A program made the position numbers and the translations under genes. A DNA stretch of 32,000 bases from Pseudomonas aeruginosa (GTDB lineage: Bacteria; Pseudomonadota; Gammaproteobacteria; Pseudomonadales; Pseudomonadaceae), in assembly GCF_001457615.1 (NCBI RefSeq), contig NZ_LN831024.1:3270001-3302000 (forward strand), in the 5' to 3' direction. Positions 18,114 to 27,565 of the stretch are shown one piece after another (position 1 is the stretch's first letter; every line of letters starts with the position of its first letter). Under the pieces are notes generated by a model that was given only the letters and a program-made list of their open reading frames with translations, ran no database searches and had not been told where the DNA came from.

Positions 18114-19538
18114 TCAGGCCTCGCAAGGCTCCAGCAGCTCGCAAGCGCTCTCCCCTACTCGCCTGACCGCCTGCTCGATGGCCGGGGTCGGCAACGCCGC
18201 GTAGTTCATCCGCAGGCAGTTCCGGTACTTGCCGGAAGCGGAGAAGATGCAGCCCACCGCGACTTGTACGCCGCGGTTGCGCAAGGCCTTGTCCAGGCGC
18301 AGGGTGTCGAACGCCTCGTCCAGCTCGACCCAGAGCAGGAAACCGCCCTGGGGGCGGCTGGCGCGGGTGCCCTCCGGGAAATAGCGCGCCACCCAGTCGA
18401 TCATCAGGTCGCGTCCGCGCTGGTACTGGGCGCGCATGCGCCGCAGGTGCGGCTCGTAGTGGCCGTTGCCGATGAATTCGGCGATCGCCAGTTGCGGTTG
18501 CAGGGCGCTGGCGCCGGTACTGATGTACTTCATGTGCAGCACGCGGTCGGCGTAGCGCCCGGGTACCATCCAGCCGATCCGCAGGCCCGGCGCCAGGACC
18601 TTGGAGAACGACCCGCAGAGCAGCACCCGGCCATCGTCGTCGTACGACTTGATGGTGCGCGGGCGCGGATAAGTGTAGGCCAGGTCGCCGTAGACATCGT
18701 CCTCGATGATCGCCACGTCGTAGCGCTGGGCCAGGGCCAGCAGCGCCCGCTTGCGCGACTCGGGCATGATGTAGCCGAGCGGGTTGTTGCAGTTCGGGGT
18801 CACCTGGATGGCCTTGATCGGCCACTGTTCCAGCGCCAGTTCGAGGGCTTCCAGGCTGATGCCGTTGACCGGATCGGTGGGGATCTCCAGGGCCTTCATG
18901 CCGAGGCCTTTCAGCGATTGCATGGCGCCATGGAAGCTCGGCGACTCCACCGCGACGATATCGCCCGGTTCGCACACCGCGCGGATGCTCACCGACAGGG
19001 CCTCGTGGCAGCCGGTGGTGATCACCACGTCGCTGGCGGTGGCCCGACAGCCGGAGTCCACCAACAGGCGGGCGACTTCCTCGCGCAGCAACGGCGAGCC
19101 GTGGATCCCGTCGTAGGCCAGCGCACGGGCGTCGGCGTGGCGGTTGAGCCGGGCCAGGCTGCGGGTCAGCGGTTTCAGCGAAGGGCTGGAGATGTCCGGC
19201 ATGCCGCGGCCGAGCTGGACCACGTCCGGTCGCGGCACCGTGCTGACCAGGGCCAGCACCTGCTCCCATTGCGAGATTTCCACCGGCCGCTGGGCCAGGC
19301 GGGCGATCGCCGGCAGCGGCGGCATCTGTCGCGCGGCCGGTACGAAATAGCCGGACTTCGGCCGCGGCTCGGCCAGCCCGCGATCTTCCAGCAGCCTGTA
19401 TGCCTGTTGCACGGTGCTCAGGCTGACGCCGTGCTCGATGCTCATGGCCCGCACCGAGGGCAGCCGGTCGCCCGGACGGTAGAGGCCCTGTTCGATGCGC
19501 GAACCGAGGGTCTCGGCGAGTTGCAGATAAAGGGTCAT
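18114..19538 (-). CDS. MocR/GntR-family regulator with aminotransferase-like PLP domain, PA2032-like
   Basis: N-terminal GntR HTH (LYLQLAETLGSRIEQGLYRPGDRLPSVRAMSIEHGVSLSTVQQAYRLLEDRGL) plus fold-type I PLP domain (CNNPLGYIMPESRKRALL...IIEDDVYGDL...SFSKVLAPGLRIGW). Confidence 0.92.
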   Translation of the reverse strand: MTLYLQLAETLGSRIEQGLYRPGDRLPSVRAMSIEHGVSLSTVQQAYRLLEDRGLAEPRPKSGYFVPAARQMPPLPAIARLAQRPVEISQWEQVLALVSTVPRPDVVQLGRGMPDISSPSLKPLTRSLARLNRHADARALAYDGIHGSPLLREEVARLLVDSGCRATASDVVITTGCHEALSVSIRAVCEPGDIVAVESPSFHGAMQSLKGLGMKALEIPTDPVNGISLEALELALEQWPIKAIQVTPNCNNPLGYIMPESRKRALLALAQRYDVAIIEDDVYGDLAYTYPRPRTIKSYDDDGRVLLCGSFSKVLAPGLRIGWMVPGRYADRVLHMKYISTGASALQPQLAIAEFIGNGHYEPHLRRMRAQYQRGRDLMIDWVARYFPEGTRASRPQGGFLLWVELDEAFDTLRLDKALRNRGVQVAVGCIFSASGKYRNCLRMNYAALPTPAIEQAVRRVGESACELLEPCEA

Positions 19539-19717
19539 GAGCGGGACTCCAGGGTGAGCGAAAGCGGGACCGGTACAGATGGTGGCGAAATCCACCATTC
19601 AGGCCGGGGAGCGCTTGATCTGTATGCAGTCAACCCACCTTTTCTGGACCTGTACGGAACAGCGCGCGATGGCCATTCTATCTTCGTCGTCCAGCCGATC
19701 AATATGGAGTACGCAGC

Positions 19718-19972
19718 ATGACGCGACTCAGTGCGAAATCCGAGCGCCGCCAACGCCTCGATGGCCCCTTCCCACTCGCCGCGATGGACAACCTGGCGCA
19801 GGCCCTGCGTCGCGGCTATCGCCTGGCCCGGCAACGCCAGCTGACCCGGCGCGCGCTGCTGGACCTGGAAGCGGCGGAACTGAAGGATATCGGCCTGAGC
19901 GCCGAGCAGGCCCGCGAGGAAGCCTCGCTGGCGTTCTGGCAGGCAGGAAAATCCGGCGGGAGGAAGGCATGA
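19718..19972 (+). CDS. DUF1127-domain small protein
   Basis: 84 aa with SRR-like C-terminal helix pair TRRALLDLEAAELKDIGLSAEQAREEASLAFW, typical of DUF1127. Confidence 0.8.
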   Translation: MTRLSAKSERRQRLDGPFPLAAMDNLAQALRRGYRLARQRQLTRRALLDLEAAELKDIGLSAEQAREEASLAFWQAGKSGGRKA

Positions 19973-20226
19973 TCCGCTGTCGCAACTGTGGCGAACGCCC
20001 AGCCAGCGAAGGGCATATCTGTATGGTCTGCAAGCGCCGATCCGACATCGACCCATACAAGGCGCTGATCGCCATGGCCCTGCTGGTCTACTGCGGCGTC
20101 AGCCTGGCGGCCTACCTCAAGCCGCATATGCCGGCACCGCCGCCTACCGCCGGCAGCAGCGTCCAGCCCGCCGAGGAGCTGGCCCAGCGCGCCCGCCAGG
20201 CCACCCTGGAACAGCGCGGCATCTGA
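19969..20226 (+). CDS. Small zinc-ribbon-like membrane protein
   Basis: 85 aa: CRNCGERPASEGHICMVC (two CxxC knuckles) followed by one hydrophobic segment ALIAMALLVYCGVSLAAYL; start overlaps upstream stop (ATGA). Confidence 0.75.
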   Translation: MIRCRNCGERPASEGHICMVCKRRSDIDPYKALIAMALLVYCGVSLAAYLKPHMPAPPPTAGSSVQPAEELAQRARQATLEQRGI

Positions 20227-20240
20227 AGAACGCATGCTCG

Positions 20241-20273
20241 GGAGGGGAGGCAGTTTGAGCCCCTCCTTCTTTT
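20241..20273 (+). terminator. Intrinsic terminator-like hairpin
   Basis: GGAGGGG ... CCCCTCC stem (20241-20247 / 20260-20266) followed by TTCTTTT. Confidence 0.65.
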
Positions 20274-20300
20274 ATATGCCTGTGGCCGCCAGCGCGTGGC

Positions 20301-20600
20301 TCATTGCGCCGGATACTCCAGCGCCGCCGCGATTCGCCGATGCTGCTCGACCACCCACTCCCGCCGTACCGCCCCCCAGTCGCGGATGACATAGCCGCCC
20401 TGGTGGTTGCGCGCACCCTCCCGCTGCTCGAACTCGCAGACGATGTCCAGTTCCTCCAGCGCGGCGATGGTGTCCTGTGCGGTACGCCGGGGCATGCCGG
20501 TGGCGGCCATGATCTCCGGCACGCTGGCGGTGCCGCTGTCGATCAGGTAGGCGACGTAGAGGCGGCGGTAGAAGCTGGACTTGGTCTTGCTGATGGTCAT
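20301..20600 (-). CDS. Small winged-helix protein
   Basis: 99 aa: MTISKTKSSFYRRLYVAYLIDSGTASVPEIMAATGMPRRTAQDTIAALEELDIVCEFEQREGARNHQGGYVIRDWG; HTH-like MPRRTAQDTIAALEELDI. Confidence 0.8.
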   Translation of the reverse strand: MTISKTKSSFYRRLYVAYLIDSGTASVPEIMAATGMPRRTAQDTIAALEELDIVCEFEQREGARNHQGGYVIRDWGAVRREWVVEQHRRIAAALEYPAQ

Positions 20601-20623
20601 GGGCAGGCGTTCTCCGGGAAGGC

Positions 20624-21097
20624 TCAGGGAGCGAGCAGGGGCAAGGTAGTGGTGGATTTGATTTCCGACAAGGCGACGATGGAGTTCACTTCCTGGATGC
20701 CCGGCACCGCCGACAGTTTCTCGAAGAAAAAGCGTTCGTAGGATTCGATATCGCGGGTGACGATACGCAGCATGAAGTCCACCGCGCCCATCAGTACGTG
20801 GCACTCCAGCACCTCGGGAAACTGGTGCATCGCCTCGGCGAAATCGGTGAGGTTCTTGCGCCCATGGGCGTTGAGCTTAATCTGGGCGAATACCTGGGTA
20901 TTCAGGCCGATCTTCTTGCGGTCGAGCAGGGTCACCTGCTTGCGGATCACCCCCTCCTCCTTCAGGCGCTGGATGCGCCGCCAGCAGGGCGACTGGGAAA
21001 GTCCGATGCGCTCGGCGATGTCGGCGGTGGAAAGCGAGGATTCCTCCTGCAGCAACGCAAGAATACGCTGATCGTAGATATCCAATGGAATGGACAT
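20624..21097 (-). CDS. Lrp/AsnC-family transcriptional regulator
   Basis: LDIYDQRILALLQEESSLSTADIAERIGLSQSPCWRRIQRLKEEGVIRKQVTLLDRKKIGLNTQVFAQIKL; canonical HTH plus RAM domain. Confidence 0.93.
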   Translation of the reverse strand: MSIPLDIYDQRILALLQEESSLSTADIAERIGLSQSPCWRRIQRLKEEGVIRKQVTLLDRKKIGLNTQVFAQIKLNAHGRKNLTDFAEAMHQFPEVLECHVLMGAVDFMLRIVTRDIESYERFFFEKLSAVPGIQEVNSIVALSEIKSTTTLPLLAP

Positions 21098-21229
21098 AAA
21101 TATTCTCTACAAAGAAAAATATAGGAATCAAGTATGCACATATAGCGCAAAATCACGCAAAAACAGGAGAAAAAATCCGGCACGCCTCTGGGAGAATTTC
21201 TCTCGTCGAAACACTGCCTGGAGCGTCAC

Positions 21230-21622
21230 ATGTCAACCCTCGCCCCCCTTTTCCTGGCCAAACACCCTGACGGCGAAGAACGCCAGGTGATCCGCCCGAA
21301 CGTCTGGGAAACCTCCTGCGCAGATACCGAGACCCTGTCGATCTTCCATATCGAGGGCATGGCCGATCCGGACCTGCTGTGCCGGGTGCTCAACCTGTTC
21401 GCCGTGCAATCCTTCACCCCGGAGCGGGTTCGCGCCGACCGCGAGGACCACAAGATCCGCCTGCTGCTGACCTTCCCCGGCCTCAGCCAGCACCGCGCCA
21501 GCGTGATCGCGGAGAAGCTGCGCTCGCTGGTCACCGTGCTCGCCGTCCGCCTGGAGTTCTCTCCCCATGCCGGCAAGGTCCGTCCCAGCGTCAGCGAGCC
21601 GCTGCTGGCCAGCGTCGTCTGA
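21230..21622 (+). CDS. Small stand-alone ACT-like protein
   Basis: 130 aa: LSIFHIEGMADPDLLCRVLNLFAVQSFTPERVRADREDHKIRLLLTFPGLSQHRASVIAEKLRSLVTVLAVRLEF resembles ACT-domain topology; inferred by eye. Confidence 0.75.
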   Translation: MSTLAPLFLAKHPDGEERQVIRPNVWETSCADTETLSIFHIEGMADPDLLCRVLNLFAVQSFTPERVRADREDHKIRLLLTFPGLSQHRASVIAEKLRSLVTVLAVRLEFSPHAGKVRPSVSEPLLASVV

Positions 21623-21775
21623 GCCCCTCGGGGCGGCGCGGCGGCCGCCCTGTCCATTCGGCGTCATCGGCTGGCCTTCTGGCGTTAGCCGGTCGCCCAG
21701 CCCATGGCTACAGTGCAGGTTCGCCAGGCAGCCAGAAGACTGCCATGTGTTCCCCCGATCCTGCAGAGCGTGCCC

Positions 21776-22777
21776 ATGTCCCGACCGCGTTTCCTTCCGG
21801 ATAACTTCACCCTGGCGCTGATCGCCACCGTCCTTCTCGCCACTTTCCTGCCCTGCAGCGGCCAGACCGCCGTGGTCTTCGAATGGGTGACCAACATCGG
21901 CATCGGCCTGCTGTTCTTCCTCCACGGCGCCAAGCTGTCGCGCCAGGCGATCATCGCCGGCATGACCCACTGGCGCCTGCACCTGCTGGTGTTCGCCTGC
22001 ACCTTCGTGATGTTCCCGCTGCTCGGCCTGGCGCTGAAACCGGCACTGTCGCCGATGGTCACCCCGGAGCTGTACCTCGGCATCCTGTTCCTCTGCGCCC
22101 TGCCGGCCACGGTGCAATCCTCCATCGCCTTCACCTCGCTGGCGCGCGGCAACGTGCCGGCAGCGGTATGCAGCGCTTCCGTGTCGAGCCTGCTCGGCGT
22201 ATTCCTTACCCCGCTGCTGGTCAAGCTGCTGCTCGGCGCCGAAGGCGAGACCGGCAACGCGCTGGACGCCATCGGCAAGATCACCCTGCAACTGCTGGTA
22301 CCCTTCATCGCTGGCCAGGTCCTGCGGCGCTGGATCGGCACCTGGGTGGAGCGCAACAAGCCGGTGCTGCGCTATGTCGACCAGGGCTCGATCCTGCTGG
22401 TGGTCTACACCGCCTTCAGCGCCGCGGTGATCCAGGGCCTGTGGCACGAAGTACCCTGGCTGGCGCTGCTCGGCCTGACCGTCGCCTGCTGCGTGATCCT
22501 CGCCCTGGCCCTGGTGCTGACCACGGTGCTGGCGCGACGCCTGGGCTTCAGCAAGGAAGACGAGATCACCATCGTCTTCTGCGGTTCGAAGAAGAGCCTG
22601 GCCACCGGCGTGCCCATGGCCAAGGTGCTGTTCGCCACCAGTGTGGTGGGACCGATGGTGTTGCCGCTGATGCTGTTCCACCAGATCCAGCTGATGGTCT
22701 GCGCGGTACTCGCGCAACGCTACGCCAGGCGCCGCGACGACGCAGCGGCGGCGCTGGCCGAGGCCCCCTCGCGCTGA
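21776..22777 (+). CDS. BASS-family (bile acid:sodium symporter-like, YfeH-type) transporter
   Basis: MSRPRFLPDNFTLALIATVLLATFLPCSGQTAVVFEWVTNIGIGLLFFLHGAKLSRQAIIAG...CALPATVQSSIAFTSLARGNVPAAVCSASVSSLLG. Confidence 0.88.
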   Translation: MSRPRFLPDNFTLALIATVLLATFLPCSGQTAVVFEWVTNIGIGLLFFLHGAKLSRQAIIAGMTHWRLHLLVFACTFVMFPLLGLALKPALSPMVTPELYLGILFLCALPATVQSSIAFTSLARGNVPAAVCSASVSSLLGVFLTPLLVKLLLGAEGETGNALDAIGKITLQLLVPFIAGQVLRRWIGTWVERNKPVLRYVDQGSILLVVYTAFSAAVIQGLWHEVPWLALLGLTVACCVILALALVLTTVLARRLGFSKEDEITIVFCGSKKSLATGVPMAKVLFATSVVGPMVLPLMLFHQIQLMVCAVLAQRYARRRDDAAAALAEAPSR

Positions 22778-22791
22778 GCGCGAAAATGAAA

Positions 22792-22818
22792 GAAGCCGGC
22801 CCAGGGGCCGGCTTCTTC
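22792..22818. terminator. Bidirectional terminator between convergent transporter gene and gor
   Basis: 11-bp perfect stem GAAGCCGGCCC / GGGCCGGCTTC (22792-22802 / 22805-22815) with flanking A/T-rich ends. Confidence 0.8.
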
Positions 22819-22831
22819 GTTCAGACGCGGC

Positions 22832-24187
22832 TCAGCGCGTCGGCGTGCGCAGGGTGACGAACTCTTCCGCCGCGGTCGGGTGGATGCCGATGGTCTCGTC
22901 GAACGCCTGCTTGGTCGCCCCGGCCTTCATCGCCACCGCAATACCCTGGAGGATCTCGCCGGCCTCGGCGCCGACCATGTGGCAACCCAGCACCCTGTCG
23001 TCGTGGGCATCCACGACCAGCTTCATCAGGGTCTTTTCCTGGTCGTCGGTAAGGGTCAGCTTCATCGGCCGGAAGCGGCTCTCGAAGATCTTCACCTTGT
23101 GCCCGGCGCTCAGCGCCTCCTCCTCGGTCAGGCCGACGGTGCCGATGTTGGGCAGGCTGAACACCGCGGTGGGAATCAACTTGTAGTCCACCGGGCGATA
23201 CTCCTCCGGCTTGAACAATCGCCGTGCCACCGCCATGCCCTCGGCCAGCGCCACGGGGGTCAACTGGACGCGACCGATCACGTCACCGAGGGCGAGGATC
23301 GACGGCTCGCTGGTCTGGTAATGCTCGTCGACCGCGATGAAGCCCTTGTCGGTCAGCTTCACTCCGGTGTTTTCCAGGCCAAGGTCATCCAGCATCGGCC
23401 GCCGCCCGGTGGCATAGAACACGCAGTCCGCCTCCAGCACCCGGCCGTCCTTGAGGGTCGCGGCCAGGCTGCCATCGGCCTGTTTGTCGATACGGGCGAT
23501 GTCGCTGTTGAACTGCAGGTCCAGGCCCTTCTTGCCCAATTCGTCGCGCAGATGCTCGCGGACGCTGCGGTCGAAGCCGCGCAGGAACAGGTCGCGACGG
23601 TAGAGCAAGGTGGTCTCGGCGCCGAGCCCGTTGAAGATCGAGGCGAACTCGACGGCGATGTAGCCGCCGCCGACCACCAGCACGCGGCGCGGCAGGCGCT
23701 CGAGGAAGAACGCTTCGTTGGAGGTGATCGCGTGTTCCTTGCCGGGAATGTCCGGCACCTGCGGCCAGCCACCGGTGGCAACGAGAATGTGCTTGGCGCT
23801 GAAGCGCTGGCCGTCCACCTCGACGCTGTGCGCATCGAGCAGACGGGCGTGACCTTCGAGCAAGGTCACCCCGCTGTTCACCAGCAGGTTGCGGTAGATC
23901 CCGTTGAGCCGCTGGATCTCGCGGTTCTTGTTGCCGATCAGGGTCGCCCAGTCGAACTGCGCCTCGCCGGCGCTCCAGCCATAGGCCCGGGCCTGCTCGA
24001 AGTCCTCGCTGAAATGCGCGCCATAGACCAGCAGCTTCTTCGGCACGCAGCCGACGTTGACGCAGGTGCCACCCAGGTAGCGACTCTCCGCCACCGCGAC
24101 ACGGGCACCGAAGCCGGCGGCGAAGCGGGCGGCGCGTACGCCCCCTGAGCCGGCGCCGATGACGAACAGATCGAAATCGAAAGACAT
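22832..24187 (-). CDS. gor: Glutathione reductase
   Basis: 451 aa: [54 protein letters not shown] redox motif; C-terminal [43 protein letters not shown]. Confidence 0.96.
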   Translation of the reverse strand: MSFDFDLFVIGAGSGGVRAARFAAGFGARVAVAESRYLGGTCVNVGCVPKKLLVYGAHFSEDFEQARAYGWSAGEAQFDWATLIGNKNREIQRLNGIYRNLLVNSGVTLLEGHARLLDAHSVEVDGQRFSAKHILVATGGWPQVPDIPGKEHAITSNEAFFLERLPRRVLVVGGGYIAVEFASIFNGLGAETTLLYRRDLFLRGFDRSVREHLRDELGKKGLDLQFNSDIARIDKQADGSLAATLKDGRVLEADCVFYATGRRPMLDDLGLENTGVKLTDKGFIAVDEHYQTSEPSILALGDVIGRVQLTPVALAEGMAVARRLFKPEEYRPVDYKLIPTAVFSLPNIGTVGLTEEEALSAGHKVKIFESRFRPMKLTLTDDQEKTLMKLVVDAHDDRVLGCHMVGAEAGEILQGIAVAMKAGATKQAFDETIGIHPTAAEEFVTLRTPTR

Positions 24188-24331
24188 GTTCCTACTCCTG
24201 GATCAGATGCGTTCCAGCATAACCCATTCACCAGCGTCGGCTCCCGCCGGATCGACGCAGAAACCTGTCGAAACGGCTCAGCGCAGGGCCTGGCAGGCGA
24301 TGGGCTATGCTTGTCCGTGGAGGTAAGCGCG

Positions 24332-24754
24332 ATGTCCCCCACCCTCACCCACCTGGCGCTGCACGTCCCCGACCTCGACGCCTGCATCGCCTTCTACGAA
24401 ACCTTCTGCGGCATGCGGGTGATCCACCGGCGCCCCGGCAAAGGCTCGCAGATCGTCTGGATGGCCGAACCCGGCCAGGAACAACGCTTCATCTTCGTCA
24501 TCATGCCCGGCGGCCAGCCGCGCAACCTGGCCAGCGACGATTACAGTCATTTCGGCTTCGCCCTCTCCAGCCGCGCCGCGGTAGACGATCTGGCGCGCCG
24601 CGCCGAGGCCGCCGGCTGCCTGGTCTGGGCGCCGCGCGACGAGCCCTATCCGGTCGGCTACTACTGCGGCCTGCGCGATCCCGCGGGCAACTATGTGGAG
24701 TTCAGCTACGGCCAGCCGCTGGGGCCGGGTTCCGAGGCACTACCGATTCTCTGA
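24332..24754 (+). CDS. Glyoxalase/VOC-family protein
   Basis: THLALHVPDLDACIAFYETFCGMRVIHRR...YYCGLRDPAGNYVEFSYGQPLGPG; complete VOC fold. Confidence 0.88.
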   Translation: MSPTLTHLALHVPDLDACIAFYETFCGMRVIHRRPGKGSQIVWMAEPGQEQRFIFVIMPGGQPRNLASDDYSHFGFALSSRAAVDDLARRAEAAGCLVWAPRDEPYPVGYYCGLRDPAGNYVEFSYGQPLGPGSEALPIL

Positions 24755-24881
24755 CCGGGCGCGGAGGCGCCGCGTGGCCCAGGCCAGGCTGGCGGGGTTA
24801 TTCGCCCGACGCCAACAACGCCACGCCCGCCGACAGCTCGGGTAGAGCGGATAACCCCATGGCCGTTCGCCCCATACGAAA

Positions 24882-24912
24882 AACGCCGCGCCCCCATCGG
24901 GGACGCGGCGTT
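24882..24912. terminator. Bidirectional intrinsic terminator between VOC gene and galU
   Basis: Stem AACGCCGCG / CGCGGCGTT (24882-24890 / 24904-24912) with inner CCCC/GGGG and flanking A/T tracts. Confidence 0.85.
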
Positions 24913-24933
24913 CTTCATCGGGAACGGCGAGGC

Positions 24934-25773
24934 TCAGTGAGCCTTGCCGGTCTTGTAGAGGTTTTCGTAGCAGAAGTTGGTCGCCTCGATGTAGCCCTCG
25001 GCGCTGCCGCAGTCGAAACGCTTGCCCTTGAACTTGTAGGCCAGCACGCAGCCGTCCTGAGCCTGCTTCATCAGGGCATCGGTGATCTGGATCTCGCCGC
25101 CCTTGCCCGGTTCAGTCTGCTCGATCAGGTCGAAGATGTCCGGGGTCAGGATGTAGCGGCCGATGATCGCCAGGTTCGACGGCGCCTCTTCCGGCTTCGG
25201 CTTCTCGACCATGGTGTTCACCCGGAAGATATCGTCGCGGATCATCTCGCCGGCGATCACGCCGTACTTGTTGGTCTCTTCCGGCGGCACTTCCTGGATC
25301 GCCACGATGGAGCAGCGGAACTGGTTGTACAGCTTGACCATCTGCTTCAGCACGCTGTCGCCTTCGAGGTTCAGGCACAGGTCGTCGGCCAGGACCACGG
25401 CGAACGGCTCGTCGCCGATCAGCGGACGACCGGTGAGGATGGCGTGGCCGAGGCCCTTCATCTCCACCTGGCGGGTGTAGGCGAAGGTGCACTCGTCGAT
25501 CAGCCGACGGATGCCGACCAGGTACTTTTCCTTGTCGGTGTTGCGGATCTGGTGTTCCAGCTCGTAGCTGATGTCGAAGTGGTCTTCCAGCGAACGCTTG
25601 CCGCGGCCGGTGACGATGCCGATCTCGGAAAGGCCGGCTTCCAGCGCCTCCTCCACCGCGTACTGGATCAGCGGCTTGTTCACCACCGGCAGCATTTCCT
25701 TGGGCATGGCCTTGGTGGCCGGGAGGAAACGAGTGCCGTAACCGGCGGCCGGGAAAAGACATTTCTTGATCAT
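24934..25773 (-). CDS. galU: UTP-glucose-1-phosphate uridylyltransferase
   Basis: MIKKCLFPAAGYGTRFLPATKAMPKEMLPVVNKPLIQYAVEEALEAG, canonical GalU N-terminus; 279 aa. Confidence 0.97.
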   Translation of the reverse strand: MIKKCLFPAAGYGTRFLPATKAMPKEMLPVVNKPLIQYAVEEALEAGLSEIGIVTGRGKRSLEDHFDISYELEHQIRNTDKEKYLVGIRRLIDECTFAYTRQVEMKGLGHAILTGRPLIGDEPFAVVLADDLCLNLEGDSVLKQMVKLYNQFRCSIVAIQEVPPEETNKYGVIAGEMIRDDIFRVNTMVEKPKPEEAPSNLAIIGRYILTPDIFDLIEQTEPGKGGEIQITDALMKQAQDGCVLAYKFKGKRFDCGSAEGYIEATNFCYENLYKTGKAH

Positions 25774-25820
25774 GAGAATCCTTCGACATGGACGAAGTAT
25801 GCGGATGGCGCGCAGTCTAA

Positions 25821-27182
25821 TCAGGCTGCGCTCGCCTTACAATGCCCGGCCCTTGGACGTCCTATGCCCTGGTAGATGAAGCCCAGTTCCGCCATCCGCG
25901 CCGGTGCGTAGAGATTCCGACCGTCGACCAACAGGGGAGTTCGCATGGATCCACGGATTTTCTGGAAGTCCGGCTGGCGGAACTGTTTCCACTCGGTCAC
26001 CAGCACCAGGGCATCGGCGCCCTCGACGGCGGCGTAGGGCGAGTCGTGGAGCGTCAATCGGGCGCAGGCCACAGCTTCCGGATAGCGTGCCGCGACCCCG
26101 GCGTTGGCCACCGGATCATGGGCCCTGACCCGCACCCCGTGGCGCAGCAGCGCCTCCAGCAGGACCAGGCTCGGCGCCTCGCGCAGGTCGTCGGTACCCG
26201 GCTTGAAGGCCAGCCCCCAGAGCGCCACCGTGCGCCCTTGCCAGCGTCCCTGGAACAGCTCGCCGAGGGTCTCGAAGAGCAGCTCCTTCTGCCGCGCGTT
26301 GCGCGCTTCCACCGCACGCAGTATCTGGCTGTCGAAGCCCTGTTGCTCGGCGCTGCGGATCAGCGCGCGGACGTCCTTGGGAAAGCACGAGCCGCCGTAG
26401 CCGCAGCCGGCGTAGATGAAATGGGTACCGATGCGCTTGTCGCTACCCATGCCGCGGCGCACGTCCTCGATGTCGACGCCGGTGAGGGCGCACAGCCCGG
26501 CCATCTCGTTCATGAAGGAAATCTTGGTGGCGAGGAAGGCATTGGCCGCGTACTTGCTGAACTCGGCCTCGCGACGCCCCATCAGCAGGACCCGCTCGTG
26601 ATTGCGCAGGAACGGCGCGTAGAGCTGGCGCAGGGTTTCCCCGGCCTGCGTCTCGGCGCTGCCGATGATGACCCGGTCCGGGCGCCTGAAGTCGTCCACC
26701 GCCGAGCCTTCCTTGAGGAACTCCGGATTGCTCGCCACCGCCACCCGGAAGCGCTTGCGCCGGCGCGCCAGGCCCAGGCGGATGATCTCTTCGACCCGTT
26801 CGGCGGTGCCCACCGGCACGGTCGACTTGTTGACCACGATGCAGGCCTGGCGCAGTTGCGCGCCAAGTTGCTCGGCGACCGCCAGCACGTGGCTGAGGTC
26901 GGCCGAGCCGTCCTCGCCGCACGGCGTGCCGACGGCGATGAACACCACTTCGGCGTCGGCCAGGCCTTCCGCCAGGCTGGCGGTGAAGGTCAGGCGGGCG
27001 GCGTCCAGCTGATCGCGCAGGATGCTTTCCAGGCCCGGTTCGTAGATCGGCATCTCGCCGCGTCTCAGCCGCGCGACCCGCTCGCGGTCACGCTCCACGC
27101 AACGCACCTGGTTGCCCATCTCGGCGAAACAGGCCGCCGTCACCAGTCCCACATAGCCCGCACCAATCACGCATAGCCGCAT
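25821..27182 (-). CDS. ugd: UDP-glucose/nucleotide-sugar 6-dehydrogenase
   Basis: MRLCVIGAGYVGLVTAACFAEMGNQV Rossmann; IGSDKRIGTHFIYAGCGYGGSCFPKDVRAL catalytic Cys motif; WGLAFKPGTDDLREAPS. Confidence 0.94.
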   Translation of the reverse strand: MRLCVIGAGYVGLVTAACFAEMGNQVRCVERDRERVARLRRGEMPIYEPGLESILRDQLDAARLTFTASLAEGLADAEVVFIAVGTPCGEDGSADLSHVLAVAEQLGAQLRQACIVVNKSTVPVGTAERVEEIIRLGLARRRKRFRVAVASNPEFLKEGSAVDDFRRPDRVIIGSAETQAGETLRQLYAPFLRNHERVLLMGRREAEFSKYAANAFLATKISFMNEMAGLCALTGVDIEDVRRGMGSDKRIGTHFIYAGCGYGGSCFPKDVRALIRSAEQQGFDSQILRAVEARNARQKELLFETLGELFQGRWQGRTVALWGLAFKPGTDDLREAPSLVLLEALLRHGVRVRAHDPVANAGVAARYPEAVACARLTLHDSPYAAVEGADALVLVTEWKQFRQPDFQKIRGSMRTPLLVDGRNLYAPARMAELGFIYQGIGRPRAGHCKASAA

Positions 27183-27335
27183 GGCGTCGTCCTCCGCTGG
27201 CCTCGCCCTCTCTCTGCGGACGATTGCAGCCAAGCGCGGTGGCAGGCGCGTGACGCTGGCGTGAAGCTACCGTGACAGAACCCGCGCGGATGCCTGGGGT
27301 CCACCCAAGGTAGGCGGAAAAAACAGGAGGCTCCC

Positions 27336-27560
27336 ATGTCCATCGAAATCGATTCGGAACAAGGCGTCTGCAGCGTGGAGATCGAAGGCAGCCGGCATCG
27401 CGCGCCGGTCGACAGCCTGCGCATCGGTACCGACGCCGAGGCGCGCCTGTCGGTGCTCTACATCGACGGCAAGCGCCTGCACATCAGCGAGGAAGACGCC
27501 CAGCGGCTGGTGGTCGCCGGCGCCGAGGACCAGCGCAGGCACCTGATGGCGGACGATTGA
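27336..27560 (+). CDS. Small conserved hypothetical protein (PA2021-like)
   Basis: 74 aa acidic ORF MSIEIDSEQGVCSVEIEGSRHRAPVDSLRIGTDAEARLSVLYIDGKRLHISEEDAQRLVVAG; AGGAGG RBS upstream. Confidence 0.75.
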   Translation: MSIEIDSEQGVCSVEIEGSRHRAPVDSLRIGTDAEARLSVLYIDGKRLHISEEDAQRLVVAGAEDQRRHLMADD

Positions 27561-27565
27561 CGCCC

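Noticed and set aside
18057-19721. 554-aa plus-strand ORF
   Set aside because: Antisense to the MocR-family regulator, which has clear domain evidence.
21233-22717. 494-aa minus-strand ORF
   Set aside because: Antisense to the ACT-like and BASS-family genes, with Q/H/G-rich shadow composition.
22880-24148. 422-aa plus-strand ORF
   Set aside because: Antisense to gor.
25842-27176. 444-aa plus-strand ORF
   Set aside because: Antisense to ugd.
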